DNA of 64,000 nucleotides from Candidatus Dojkabacteria bacterium (GCA_030583825.1 CP129477.1:694294-758293); one strand, 5' to 3'; shown: positions 19,900 through 29,914, numbered from the stretch's first letter. Notes: a model not told the origin generated them from the sequence alone. Numbers and translations: made by a program.

Positions 19900-20338
19900 A
19901 ATACATTGCCACAGAGAATTGGCGGTCTCCTGCATTAAAAATGATTTTCTCGTTTTTTCCTAGTGATTCGTCCACATAGACACTGATGCTGAAAAGGTTT
20001 CCCATTGGGGGAACTCCTCCAGGCAGTACGCCTTTTGTTACTTTGGAAACTTCTTCTTCCGTTGCAAATCTGACATCGTCTGCAAAGAGAATTTTCTTTA
20101 CTTTTGATGAGGAGAATCGTTTATCTGCCGGAAGTACAAACATTGCAAAGTCTGGAACACCGCTTTTTCTTTTAAATCGAACAATGAGTGCTTTTGCTCC
20201 TTGCGAGAGAGTATATCCTGTGCGGATTTTTGCTGCTTCTTCGCTTGTTTTTACTGGAGCATGAGTAAATGTTTCAAACCAAAATTCATTACTTTCAAGC
20301 AGTTTTGTAATGGTTTGCGTAAGAGGGTGTAATGTCAT
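19844..20338 (-). CDS. ybaK: YbaK/ProX-family aminoacyl-tRNA deacylase
   Basis: GVLPGGVPPMGNLF and KALIVRFK fit the YbaK/ProX deacylase domain. The 164-aa length also fits. Confidence 0.65.
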   Translation of the reverse strand: MTLHPLTQTITKLLESNEFWFETFTHAPVKTSEEAAKIRTGYTLSQGAKALIVRFKRKSGVPDFAMFVLPADKRFSSSKVKKILFADDVRFATEEEVSKVTKGVLPGGVPPMGNLFSISVYVDESLGKNEKIIFNAGDRQFSVAMYFKDYLEIVAPIVTSFVSP

Positions 20339-20437
20339 AAACGCATTTTAACATTCTCTGAGAGACTTTTCCTGTCAAATTGTAAGAACTCGGTAAAGAT
20401 TTGGTAAGAATGTTTACTACGCAGCGAAGAGTAAGTG

Positions 20438-20800
20438 TTATTTTTTGCGATTTCCTTTGGCAGATTGTTTTTTACTCTGTGTTTTATTACCAGTGTTTTT
20501 GCTTACTTTTGTTTGAGTTTCTTTTTTAGAAGATTGAGATGATGCTTGCTTTTGAGGTTGCTGTGCTTTTACTTCGCTGCCAGGTTTCTGAGTGGTACCC
20601 ATGCCTGCACCCATTGCTAATCCAATTGCAATTCCCATCGCGATACCTGCGGCAATGTTGTCCATTGCAACCCCAAGTGCTACACCGATGCCTATTCCTG
20701 CCCCGAGCATTGGAAGTCCGTTTGCAAATGAGAAATTCATATATATTTTTTTAAAGTTATATTGTTTCTTTTGATAGTCCTCTGGTTTTATTGCTTCCAA
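20438..20800 (-). CDS. Glycine-zipper membrane protein with a Lys/Gln-rich tail
   Basis: The region GLPMLGAGIGIGVALGVAMDNIAAGIAMGIAIGLAMGAGMG contains GxxxG repeats. The C-terminus is low-complexity (K/Q/S-rich). Confidence 0.4.
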   Translation of the reverse strand: MEAIKPEDYQKKQYNFKKIYMNFSFANGLPMLGAGIGIGVALGVAMDNIAAGIAMGIAIGLAMGAGMGTTQKPGSEVKAQQPQKQASSQSSKKETQTKVSKNTGNKTQSKKQSAKGNRKK

Positions 20801-20809
20801 GTATTAACT

Positions 20810-20968
20810 TTATGCGAGGGTTGTCACCGTTAACGGAGCAAATCCTTGCTTCTGAAGCCAAATATAGTATGAGAATAATTCAATCGCTGCCCAGCCGGCA
20901 AAAATAACAAAAAGGACGACAGCGATACCGATTAAAATTGTGCGGGAATTTTTCTTAAGAAAGTCCAT
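20810..20968 (-). CDS. Small putative membrane protein (52 aa)
   Basis: Manual translation gives MDFLKKNSRTILIGIAVVLFVIFAGWAAIELFSYYIWLQKQGFAPLTVTTLA with one transmembrane helix. No Shine-Dalgarno sequence is present, and the ORF is below the track cutoff. Confidence 0.2.
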   Translation of the reverse strand: MDFLKKNSRTILIGIAVVLFVIFAGWAAIELFSYYIWLQKQGFAPLTVTTLA

Positions 20969-21098
20969 ACTAAGGAGAGATAAAAATTATGTAAGCCTCA
21001 CCCGTTTCCAGTATAGCGGAAGTGATAAATCGAGGCAAGGTGCCAGAAAGTGGGCATAAATCATTTCTTGCGTGACAGGAAATGTGCTAGAATAGAGC

Positions 21099-22016
21099 GT
21101 GTCTAATCAACTTTTAGCAAAAGCAACGGATTTTATTACATTGTTTCTTGGGTTGCTTGTCGAAGCAATACCATTTATTTTTATTGGAGTTGTTGTCTCT
21201 GTTGCAATCGCACTATTTGTTAACTCAGAAAAAGTATTTGCACTTTTGCCTAAAAATACGTATGTCAGACGTTTTTTTCTGTCCATCATGGGAATGTTTA
21301 TGCCTGTCTGTGAATGTGGAAATGTCCCTGTTGTTAGGCGTTTGGTAATGAAGGGGTTTAGTGTTTCGGAAGCAATTACATTTATGCTTGCAGCTCCCGT
21401 TGTTAATCCCGTGACTTTCTGGACTACGTGGGAAGCCTTTTCCGGATCGCATGAAATGGCGTGGGCAAGACTTATTGCTGCAGTAGTAATTGCGAACGGT
21501 GTGGGTATTATATTTTCATTTGTAACAAAGCAGGAGACGCTTCTTACGAAGAAATTTTATGCTCAGGTATGTGAAATTCGTTACAACGATCATTATTATC
21601 ACAATCCACAAAGTAAGTGGGAAGAAGCAAAAAGTATTTTCTCTTCAGAGTTTATTCAGAATACGAAAATGTTGGCGCTCGGAGCGATTATTGCGGCCGC
21701 ATTCCAAGTAATTGTGCCGAGAGAATGGGTACTCGCTATCAGTGGAAATATTTTATTGTCTATTGTGGCAATGACAATTCTCGCATTTGTGATCTCGATT
21801 TGTTCGAATGTTGATGCATTTTTTGCACTATCGTACGCGTCCAGTTTCCCTCTTGGAGCATTGCTATCGTTTCTTGTATTTGGCCCGATGATTGACATTA
21901 AATTACTCATGATGCTGAAGAATACATTTACAATCAAAACACTGGGCTTAATCGTTGTACTGGTTGCATTGAGCAGTACAGTAGCTGGACTTACTTTTCA
22001 TATTTTGTGGCAATGA
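21099..22016 (+). CDS. Predicted permease (COG0701/DUF318-like)
   Basis: The product is polytopic with a CECGNVPV cysteine motif typical of this permease family. It is followed by its usual TIGR03943 partner. Confidence 0.55.
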   Translation: MSNQLLAKATDFITLFLGLLVEAIPFIFIGVVVSVAIALFVNSEKVFALLPKNTYVRRFFLSIMGMFMPVCECGNVPVVRRLVMKGFSVSEAITFMLAAPVVNPVTFWTTWEAFSGSHEMAWARLIAAVVIANGVGIIFSFVTKQETLLTKKFYAQVCEIRYNDHYYHNPQSKWEEAKSIFSSEFIQNTKMLALGAIIAAAFQVIVPREWVLAISGNILLSIVAMTILAFVISICSNVDAFFALSYASSFPLGALLSFLVFGPMIDIKLLMMLKNTFTIKTLGLIVVLVALSSTVAGLTFHILWQ

Positions 22017-22744
22017 ACAACATTATTATTTTACTGCTGAGCAGCTATATTCTCATGCTGATTAGTACTGGGAGATTGGGAATGTTTATTCATACAAGAT
22101 TTACGTGGCTGAGTATTATTTCGGCTTCGGCATTGTTTCTTTTTTCGTTTGTGAGTGTCGCTCAAAGCTTAGTGGCAATGTACGAGAAAAAAGGTTGGAA
22201 AGCATTTTCTATAAAGAGTTTTTCAGTACAGAAATGGGTAAAAAATACCGATATGGTAATGCTTGGATTAGGAATTATAATATTTCTTCTACCAATTCGT
22301 CCGCTCAGTGTGGGGATTGCCCAACAACGCCAATCAGATTTTAACAATGTGCAAACAACAACCGAAGATCTTGCCTCGCTGTATAAGCGGACAAATACCG
22401 CTGAGTTTACTCTGAAAGAGTGGGCAATTCTTTTAAATGATAACCCCGCAAACGAAGAACTGGTTGGCAGAAAGATTTCTGTAAGCGGGTTCATTTTTAA
22501 TGATGGCTCGCAAAAGCAGGATTTATTCTATATCTCCCGATTTCGAGTTGTCTGTTGTGTCGTAGACGCGAGCCCGCTAGGTATTCCAGTTGAAGCTCAG
22601 TGGCGGGATAGGTTTTCCGAAAATGGGTGGGTATTGGTTAAAGGAACATTGCAGCTAATAGAAATTCATGGAGTAAACCGTTTGGCAATTATTCCCGAAG
22701 AAATTCAAGAAATAGATGTTCCAAATAATCCATATATTTACTAA
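22007..22744 (+). CDS. TIGR03943/DUF1980-family membrane protein (permease partner)
   Basis: The gene start overlaps the preceding permease. The product has N-terminal transmembrane helices and the CCVVDA motif characteristic of DUF1980. Confidence 0.5.
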   Translation: MAMNNIIILLLSSYILMLISTGRLGMFIHTRFTWLSIISASALFLFSFVSVAQSLVAMYEKKGWKAFSIKSFSVQKWVKNTDMVMLGLGIIIFLLPIRPLSVGIAQQRQSDFNNVQTTTEDLASLYKRTNTAEFTLKEWAILLNDNPANEELVGRKISVSGFIFNDGSQKQDLFYISRFRVVCCVVDASPLGIPVEAQWRDRFSENGWVLVKGTLQLIEIHGVNRLAIIPEEIQEIDVPNNPYIY

Positions 22745-24136
22745 ATGGAAGATAAACGATTTGTAAAACTTATCATAGGCGTAATACTAAGTCTTCTTGG
22801 CCTTATTGCAGTATTTAGTTTTATCGCTGCCAATATTCCTCCTCATATGCACAAAATCGTAGTAAATGGCTCACTACAGGAAGCAGAAGTGTCAAATCAG
22901 TCATTGCAAATATCTTTTACCCAGCCCATGAAGCCCGACCCAATAGAACTTTCGGTAACGCCGAATGTTGCATACACGACATTATGGCAAAACAATACAT
23001 TGTTTATTCACTTTTCTGACCCACTGTTATATGGAACAGAGTACCGTGTTGCAATCATTTCTCAGCTCGAAAATATTTATGGCAAAAAGTTGGATAAAGA
23101 AATATCGTTAAACTTTACTACGAAGCAGGCAAAGATCATTTTTCAGCAGTATCCTGACAAAATTCTGAGCAGTAATGTCTCGGGAGAGGATATTAAAATT
23201 CTGTACGAATCACACGAAATTGCAGACTTTATAAAGTTTGGAAATACTGTTGCTGTGTTGAAGTTTCCCAAGGGAGAAAGTACAGAAATTATACTTATTG
23301 ATACAGAATCGGGGGAAACAGAATCTCATAGTATTGGATATGCCGTATATGCAATGCAGTATAGTCAGGCTGTTCGAAAGCTGATGCTTCTTGCGCAGGA
23401 TATCCGCGAGCCTAACGATCCGATTGGGACAGGAGCACATCTTCGACAGTTATACTTTTATGATACAGAAACGCATGCGGTAGAGCCTTTTGCATCAGGA
23501 GAAACACTCTTTGAAGTGGACAATTTCTTGCTTTCGCAAAATGGAAGGATTGTGTTGTATCGAGATATCTCCGACAGTATTTACTATTTAAGTGATGTCC
23601 TCAAGCCAAATGAAAAGCCCGTGCTTATCGGCAATTATATTGCCGCAAATGAATTTGATCAGAGCGGAAAAACAATGCTTTTTACAAAAGAGGATGATCA
23701 GTCGCCGCTAGGATACCTTTCGATTGAGATGTATTCTGTAGGTGGACAAAAAAAGTCTCTTTCCGGCCAGTGGATTCATGCAATCGAACCTGTTTTCATT
23801 CCTGGTACAGATGCGATTGTCTACTCAGAAAAATATAACGCCCCATTATCGTTATTAGACTTGTTCCGAGTGAAAATTATTAATTCTGAAACAGGCGAAG
23901 TAGTATTTGACCTTTTTGAAGAAGGATATAGCTACGAAACTCCTCGCGTAAGCCGGAATGGCCAATTCGCAATTGTAGAAAAATTTTCAGAAAGCCAGCT
24001 TGCAGGAACAGGGTCTGAAAGAATTGTTGGGTACAGGCAAAAGGGTACCTCTGCTGAGCTATATATGATTCGATTGGATAATAATGAAGTCGTCAGACTG
24101 CCGGTGAATGGGATAAATGTGATATTCGAAGAATGA
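22745..24136 (+). CDS. Hypothetical membrane-anchored protein (beta-propeller-like)
   Basis: The 463-aa product has an N-terminal transmembrane helix and repetitive beta-strand-rich sequence. No catalytic motif was seen. Confidence 0.4.
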   Translation: MEDKRFVKLIIGVILSLLGLIAVFSFIAANIPPHMHKIVVNGSLQEAEVSNQSLQISFTQPMKPDPIELSVTPNVAYTTLWQNNTLFIHFSDPLLYGTEYRVAIISQLENIYGKKLDKEISLNFTTKQAKIIFQQYPDKILSSNVSGEDIKILYESHEIADFIKFGNTVAVLKFPKGESTEIILIDTESGETESHSIGYAVYAMQYSQAVRKLMLLAQDIREPNDPIGTGAHLRQLYFYDTETHAVEPFASGETLFEVDNFLLSQNGRIVLYRDISDSIYYLSDVLKPNEKPVLIGNYIAANEFDQSGKTMLFTKEDDQSPLGYLSIEMYSVGGQKKSLSGQWIHAIEPVFIPGTDAIVYSEKYNAPLSLLDLFRVKIINSETGEVVFDLFEEGYSYETPRVSRNGQFAIVEKFSESQLAGTGSERIVGYRQKGTSAELYMIRLDNNEVVRLPVNGINVIFEE

Positions 24137-24429
24137 TAAAAATAAAAAATGATAGATTTCGATCTTCAAGAGGTGGAGCAAGTAAAGTACTAACATTGGG
24201 GTGTGGTAGTTGCCGATCCATTATATTTGACTATCAAAAAGACGGAAAAGGTAACCTAATTAGGCTTTATCTGGATAGAATTACGAATAATTACCATAAC
24301 GTAGAGCTACAGAGCGGCAGTGTAAAATGCCCAGCATGTAGCAGAGCGCTTGGAAATATCAGTATCTATAAAAAAGAAAATAGAGTAGCTCTGTTTCTTG
24401 AACGCGGCGCATTGGTGAAGTTATCATAA
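24133..24429 (+). CDS. Small zinc-ribbon protein
   Basis: It has two Cys pairs, CGSC...CPAC, and the start overlaps the upstream gene by 4 nt. Confidence 0.35.
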   Translation: MIKIKNDRFRSSRGGASKVLTLGCGSCRSIIFDYQKDGKGNLIRLYLDRITNNYHNVELQSGSVKCPACSRALGNISIYKKENRVALFLERGALVKLS

Positions 24430-24446
24430 ATTAAATATAATGAACC

Positions 24447-24926
24447 ATGTTTTACGATAACTATAAAACTTTTCTCGATAATATTTTTACCGGCTTTTTG
24501 CAGCAGGGAATAGATGCTGCGTTGTTTGATCTTGATCACATCGCATATCAGGTAAGCTCTGATGAAGAATATGACGAGTTTAAGCCACGATTACTTTCTA
24601 TTGCCGAGTTAGTGAAAGAACCACTTGTAGATGGACGGAGAGTAGGAGTATTTATGTTCCGAATTCCGCTTTTGTACAAAGACTATCAGATTAAAACAAT
24701 TGAGCTCATTGCTCCTGTTGCAGGAAAGACTCCAAAGTCTGAGCTTGACCATGCAGAATTTTTGACTGGCACAACTCTTGAAGAATTTATCGCAAAGTAT
24801 CCGCGAATCCCATTTGATTTAGGTAACCTGAATAGAAAAGAGTTTCCCATGATAAAGCTGTCACTTCCAAATGGGTCAAGAGTAAAGTTTCCACGGTATC
24901 CAATCCTTGCCGATACCAAAACGTAA
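24447..24926 (+). CDS. Hypothetical protein, possibly VOC/glyoxalase-like
   Basis: DHIAYQV...HAEF are candidate metal ligands with a beta-alpha-beta-beta-beta-like spacing. The call is weak. Confidence 0.3.
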   Translation: MFYDNYKTFLDNIFTGFLQQGIDAALFDLDHIAYQVSSDEEYDEFKPRLLSIAELVKEPLVDGRRVGVFMFRIPLLYKDYQIKTIELIAPVAGKTPKSELDHAEFLTGTTLEEFIAKYPRIPFDLGNLNRKEFPMIKLSLPNGSRVKFPRYPILADTKT

Positions 24927-24938
24927 AAAATACCGCTT

Positions 24939-25529
24939 ATGGACTACGAAGCATACTGTCAACAAATTATATTCCCCGAGCTTGAAAATGGCCGTCCAGG
25001 GTGGGATAAGCCTCATACAGAATCTGTAGTAGAGCACATAAAGACGATTATTACCCATACTCCTGAATTAAATTTAGATAAAGATGTGCTAGTTATTGCG
25101 GCATACGCACATGATTGGGGTTATGCCGGGTTATTTAAGGGAGGCAAGCCGTTGAGTTTGAGTGATGTAAACAATGCGAAAGCTGCGCACATGGTTATTG
25201 GAGCAGAGAAACTTGAAAAGCTTCTTAATAATGAAGTATTTAACTTTCTGAGTAAAGACCAAAAGGATCGGGCAGTCCATCTTGTGAGGCACCACGATTC
25301 ACTGTTTTTATTGAAAGAAACTGACGAATTAGTGCTTATGGAGGCGGATACACTCGGTGGTTTGGATGTACGCAAAGTAAAGCCAACATTTGACGCAGAA
25401 TCGAACAGGAAATACATGGAAAATGTGAAAAATTATCGCCGCACGAAGTTTATTACGGAATATGGAAAAGAGTTGTTTAAAGGGTTGTATAGGGAGAGGG
25501 AAGAGTATTATAACAATCGAGCCGATTAA
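24939..25529 (+). CDS. HD-domain phosphohydrolase
   Basis: The product shows the H...HD motif (AAYAHDWGYAG), a downstream VRHHDS, and D residues spaced as in HD-superfamily proteins. Confidence 0.55.
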   Translation: MDYEAYCQQIIFPELENGRPGWDKPHTESVVEHIKTIITHTPELNLDKDVLVIAAYAHDWGYAGLFKGGKPLSLSDVNNAKAAHMVIGAEKLEKLLNNEVFNFLSKDQKDRAVHLVRHHDSLFLLKETDELVLMEADTLGGLDVRKVKPTFDAESNRKYMENVKNYRRTKFITEYGKELFKGLYREREEYYNNRAD

Positions 25530-25535
25530 GTTTAT

Positions 25536-26165
25536 TTGGATTTTAAAATGAGACTATTTTTGGCATCAGAAATCAAACACCCTGAAAGTATAAGAAAACT
25601 AATTGAGTATACGGGTGGTCTTGAAGGTAAGAAAGTTGCCTTTATCCCTACCGGATCAAATGGAGAAGTCGAGTTTGGAGACTGGAAAGGTGGGAGTTGG
25701 AAAGCAGCAAATAGTCTGGGTGCGGAAGTGAAAGCTGTTCAATTAGAAGATTACAAAAATTCTTCTGTGATTAAGGAACTCGAAGATCAAGATGTTATTT
25801 GGATGCATGGCGGAGTAACCGGCTACTTACTTTATTGGATAAGGAGATGTGAATTAGATAAACATTTGCCACGACTTTTAGCGACATCTCTCTATATAGG
25901 CTCGAGTGCAGGCTGTATGATCCTGGCAAAAGATCAAGATCTGGCTGAATGGTATATCGGAGAGCAAGAACCAGGAGCAAGCCTGATTCCCGGCTTGGGG
26001 TTGGTAGATTTTAACTTTTATCCGCATTACGAAGATCATTTGTATAACGAAGTTAAAGCGAAGTACAGGGGGAATAAAATGTACTTAGTAAAGGATGGCG
26101 AGGTTATTATTGTTGAAGATGGAAAGGTAAGGGTATTGGGAGAGGAAAGGATTATTACGTTATGA
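25536..26165 (+). CDS. S51-family peptidase (peptidase E / class I glutamine amidotransferase-like)
   Basis: VAFIPTGSNGE...WMHGG...YIGSSAGCMIL matches the PepE Ser nucleophile context. The 209-aa length fits. Confidence 0.6.
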   Translation: MDFKMRLFLASEIKHPESIRKLIEYTGGLEGKKVAFIPTGSNGEVEFGDWKGGSWKAANSLGAEVKAVQLEDYKNSSVIKELEDQDVIWMHGGVTGYLLYWIRRCELDKHLPRLLATSLYIGSSAGCMILAKDQDLAEWYIGEQEPGASLIPGLGLVDFNFYPHYEDHLYNEVKAKYRGNKMYLVKDGEVIIVEDGKVRVLGEERIITL

Positions 26166-26173
26166 CACCATCA

Positions 26174-26281
26174 GAAAAATAAAAAGGCGCCGCCACACGG
26201 CGGCAATAGCTTGAAGCTACGATTTCGGATAAACCTTGTTTGAACTCATAGTGCAATTCCAGATAGGTATCACCCAACTGT
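26174..26281 (-). ncRNA. tracrRNA: tracrRNA of the type II-A CRISPR-Cas system
   Basis: A minus-strand promoter is present, with -35 TTGATA (rc of 26311-26316), a 17-nt spacer and -10 TAGAAT (rc of 26288-26293). The anti-repeat GGGUGAUACCUAUCUGGAAUUGCACUAUGAGUUCAAAC (rc of 26237-26275) is imperfectly complementary to the CRISPR repeat and has a 2-nt bulge. It is followed by the nexus-like AAGGUUUAUCCG (compare SpCas9 AAGGCUAGUCCG) and the hairpin UAGCUU-CA-AGCUA. A terminal hairpin GCCGCC-GUGU-GGCGGC is followed by UUUUUAUUUUU. Confidence 0.75.
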
Positions 26282-26329
26282 GGTACAATTCTAACAAATA
26301 AGAAGTAACTTATCAACGATCACTGTATT

Positions 26330-29300
26330 ATGGCAAAATATTTAGGTTTAGATATTGGAACAAACAGTATTGGTTGGGCAGTTACAGATGAAAATTACAA
26401 CTTGTTAAAATATAACGAAACTCCTCTTTGGGGAATACATCTATACCCAGAAGCTAGTAATGCCAGCGAAGCTCGTGGGTATCGCTCAGCTCGCCGTGGT
26501 ACTCGTCGAAAAGCCTGGCGAATAAAAATATTACAAGAACTGTTTAATGAAGAAGTAGCGCAGGTTGATCCTGCGTTTTTTAGCAGAATTAGAGACAAAG
26601 AAGTCTATTCTTTGTTCAAGGATGATAAGGAATATTATGAGAAATTTCCAACAATACATCATTTAATTCTCTATTTACAAAAAATAAATGAGAGGCCTGA
26701 TATTCGGTATGTTTACCTGATGTGTTCTTATTATATGAAGCATAGAGGGCACTTCTACTCGAGCATAGATGAAAATGCTGATATCGAAAAAATTTTAGGT
26801 CTGCAAACTATTTTTGATGAGTTTCTTGAAGCTCTCAGGCTTCTTCCTATAGAGATATCCGATGTTAATATAAAAAATGTAGAGTCTGCGTTGAAACAAG
26901 AAAACGTGAGTAACAGGAAAAAGGCCTTAAAAGATGTATTATCAACAACCGATGATGAATTTAAAATCCTACCTGAGATTATAACGCTTTTGTCTGGAGG
27001 TAAAGCGAAACTACAAACTATCTTTCAAAACGAAGATCTTAAAAGTTTGTCTGTTATGGACACAGATCCTGAAAATGAGACAATGGCGGAGTTACAAACT
27101 GTACTAGGCGAGCAATTCGATATACTTCTAAAAGCAAAACAAATTACTGATTGGATTGTTTTATGTGATATTTTGAAAGATGCAAAGAGTATAAATGAAC
27201 AAAGACTTAACCTATATGAGGAGATAAAAAGTAAGAAAGAGCTTCGTGGAGAGAAATTAACTGAACACATGAAGGAAGAGCATAAGAAGAATCGAGTTAT
27301 TCCGTACCAATTACAGTGGAAAGATTTCAAAAAGGCGCTAAACAATATACAAAAGTTTTACCCTACTCTTGATGTCGAAAAGATAGGTCAACTATTCAAA
27401 CATAGAATTCCTTATTTTGTAGGGCCTCTTAAAGAAGATCAAAAAAATCGATGGAGTTGGATTAAAAAGAAAAATGATGAAAAAATTTACCCATGGAATT
27501 TCAATGAGGTTATAAATATTGAGGAGACACACTCAGGCTTTATAGAGAAAATGACCGCAAAGTGTACTTACCTCGTGGGAGAAGATGTGCTTCCAAAAGA
27601 AAGTATGCTCCATGCAAAGTATTTAATTCTCAACCAACTAAATAACCTTAAGATTGACGGTGAAAGAATTGATAATACCCTGAAACAGGAATTATTTCAA
27701 GATTTATTTGAAAAAGAATCAGGAACAGTTTCTTTAAAGAAAATCAAAGCTTGGTTGAAAAGTAAAAACCCTGCGTATAAAGATACAGAACTAACAGGTG
27801 TAGATACTACGATAGAAGGAACACTAAAAGCATATCATAATTTTAAGCCATATCTTGATAAGCTAAAGATGGGCGAGATAGAAGAGATTATAAAACGAAT
27901 AACAATATTTGGGGAAGAAAAGCAGAATTTAAAAAGTTGGATGGAAAAAACCTTTAATCATCTTGATGAAGAAGATATAAAGAAGATTTTACGATTTTCT
28001 TATAAAAAATATGCAAGACTTTCTAGAGAGTTTTTAGAAGGTATTATGTATGATGTCGAGGAAAGAGAATTAAGCATCATCCAGGCTTTGTGGGAGACGA
28101 ACAATAACTTGATGGAGCTGCTGTCTGATAAGTATGGATACGCTCTAAAAATAGAAGAATTTAATAAGAATGCCGTTAATAAAGCTACAACTCTTAATGA
28201 AAAGCTTGATGATTTATATATCTCAAATCGTGTTAAACGCTCAATTTTCAGAACACTTGCAGTGGTTAGTGAAATTATCAAAGCTATCGGTAAACCAGAC
28301 AAGATATTTATTGAAATGGCACGAGGAGAAGAGCTGAGTAAAAAAGGTAAGAAGACAAAAAGTCGCAAGGATGAGCTAAAAGAACTGTTGAGAGGCAATA
28401 AAGACCTACTAAACGAATTAGTGGGCAAAACAGATGATCAACTTCGTGGGAAAAAGCTATACCTCTATTTCTCTCAAATGGGAAAATGCATGTATACAGG
28501 CAAAACGATATCCCTTTCTTCTCTTAGTTCCGATAATTGGGATGTTGATCATATTTATCCTCGCTCGAAAGTCAAGGATGATAGCATCCGCAATAATCTT
28601 GTACTTGTAGATAAAAATGCCAATGGAGCAAAAACAGATAATTATCCATTACTTCCTGAGATACAGAATCGAATGTCTGGTCACTGGAATTTCTTGAAAG
28701 AAAAGGAATTAATTACCAATGAGAAATATTCTCGTCTGATGCGCAAAACTCCATTTACAGAAGATGAAAAAGTTAATTTCATTAATAGGCAATTAGTTGA
28801 AACAAGGCAAAGCACCAAAGCTATTGCCCAGCTTCTTAAGGAAAAATATAACGTAGAGATTGTTTATGTGAAATCCGAATTGTCCAGTGATTTTAGATAT
28901 ACTTATGAGATTCAGAAATGCCGTGAAATAAACGATTTTCATCATGCAAAAGATGCCTATCTAAATATCGTTTGTGGCGATGTCCATAATAGAGTATTTA
29001 CAAAAAATCCCAGAAACTTTATTAAGAAAGCAAATGATAGCAATTATACGATTAATCCTAAGGTTCTTTATAAAAGGCAATGGGATGGAACGGATATACT
29101 TTCCAGAATTAGGAAGACATTGAAAAGTAATCAAATTAAATACACAGAGATGATGTACGAACGTACAGGTTCATTCTGGGGAAAGACATTAGGCTTAATT
29201 CCTAGAAAAGGAAATATGACAGAATATTCTGAAAAGTCTTATGAATTATCAACAGCATTTTTTGCACTGGTTTCGTATGGGCCAGAAAGTAATAGAAAAA

Positions 29301-29914
29301 CAAAGTTATTGCCTGTTTATAACTACAAAATAGAAGAATTTTATAACGATGCAAATAAGTATTTTAATGGAACGCATAAGATGCTGGATAAAAGCGATTT
29401 AGATAATATAAAGTTTCTTCGCAAGGTAAAACTCGGTACCGTAGTTATTAAAAAAGGGATCCGCTATAGAATTACAGGCAATACCCATATGTTGCATGCC
29501 TATCAACTTACAATGCCATATGAACAAGAGAAATATTTCAAGAAGATAATTAAGGCCTTTGATAAAGATAATCCTAGACCAGAGGTACTTGTGAAAGAAG
29601 AGAATATAAAGTTATTTGAATTATTTAAAGGTAAACTGAGAGATTCCGTATATTCAAGGTTAAGCTCTTTGAACATTCAATTGAAATGGTTTGATAATAG
29701 TAAATTCGAAAGCCTTTCAATAAAAGAGCAAGCAGAATTTCTTAAAAATTCAATTAGCATGTTTACGGCAAATGCCGCAAAAGGTAATTTAAAGATTATT
29801 GATAAAAATGCTTCCGGTAATGTCGCTAATGGCCCTATGCCAAATGATTGCGATTACATTCTTGACCAATCTGTCACTGGACTGTTTGATAAGAAATATA
29901 GAGTGAAGGTATGA
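26330..29914 (+). CDS. cas9: CRISPR-associated endonuclease Cas9 (type II-A, 1194 aa)
   Basis: The N-terminal RuvC-I motif is LGLDIGTNSIGWAV. An Arg-rich bridge helix (ARRGTRRKAWRIKILQELF), the HNH motif (DVDHIYPRSKVKDDSIRNNLVLV) and RuvC-III (INDFHHAKDAYLNIV) are all present. The stop is TGA, overlapping the cas1 start. Confidence 0.95.
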   Translation: MAKYLGLDIGTNSIGWAVTDENYNLLKYNETPLWGIHLYPEASNASEARGYRSARRGTRRKAWRIKILQELFNEEVAQVDPAFFSRIRDKEVYSLFKDDKEYYEKFPTIHHLILYLQKINERPDIRYVYLMCSYYMKHRGHFYSSIDENADIEKILGLQTIFDEFLEALRLLPIEISDVNIKNVESALKQENVSNRKKALKDVLSTTDDEFKILPEIITLLSGGKAKLQTIFQNEDLKSLSVMDTDPENETMAELQTVLGEQFDILLKAKQITDWIVLCDILKDAKSINEQRLNLYEEIKSKKELRGEKLTEHMKEEHKKNRVIPYQLQWKDFKKALNNIQKFYPTLDVEKIGQLFKHRIPYFVGPLKEDQKNRWSWIKKKNDEKIYPWNFNEVINIEETHSGFIEKMTAKCTYLVGEDVLPKESMLHAKYLILNQLNNLKIDGERIDNTLKQELFQDLFEKESGTVSLKKIKAWLKSKNPAYKDTELTGVDTTIEGTLKAYHNFKPYLDKLKMGEIEEIIKRITIFGEEKQNLKSWMEKTFNHLDEEDIKKILRFSYKKYARLSREFLEGIMYDVEERELSIIQALWETNNNLMELLSDKYGYALKIEEFNKNAVNKATTLNEKLDDLYISNRVKRSIFRTLAVVSEIIKAIGKPDKIFIEMARGEELSKKGKKTKSRKDELKELLRGNKDLLNELVGKTDDQLRGKKLYLYFSQMGKCMYTGKTISLSSLSSDNWDVDHIYPRSKVKDDSIRNNLVLVDKNANGAKTDNYPLLPEIQNRMSGHWNFLKEKELITNEKYSRLMRKTPFTEDEKVNFINRQLVETRQSTKAIAQLLKEKYNVEIVYVKSELSSDFRYTYEIQKCREINDFHHAKDAYLNIVCGDVHNRVFTKNPRNFIKKANDSNYTINPKVLYKRQWDGTDILSRIRKTLKSNQIKYTEMMYERTGSFWGKTLGLIPRKGNMTEYSEKSYELSTAFFALVSYGPESNRKTKLLPVYNYKIEEFYNDANKYFNGTHKMLDKSDLDNIKFLRKVKLGTVVIKKGIRYRITGNTHMLHAYQLTMPYEQEKYFKKIIKAFDKDNPRPEVLVKEENIKLFELFKGKLRDSVYSRLSSLNIQLKWFDNSKFESLSIKEQAEFLKNSISMFTANAAKGNLKIIDKNASGNVANGPMPNDCDYILDQSVTGLFDKKYRVKV

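Noticed and set aside
26172-26207. Hairpin GGCGCCGCC-ACAC-GGCGGC considered as the plus-strand terminator for the S51 peptidase gene.
   Set aside because: The U-tract is on the minus-strand side only. On the plus strand the stem is followed by AAUAGCUUG, so it is primarily the tracrRNA terminator, though some bidirectional activity is possible.
26237-26275. Degenerate repeat-like sequence upstream of cas9, considered as a remnant second array or orphan repeat.
   Set aside because: A single copy in the same orientation, with a promoter, nexus and terminator on the opposite strand, is better explained as the tracrRNA anti-repeat.
29912-29914. Checked for an alternative genetic code (UGA=Gly, as in SR1/Gracilibacteria).
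   Set aside because: cas9 and other long ORFs terminate at TGA and contain no in-frame TGA. The standard code is used.
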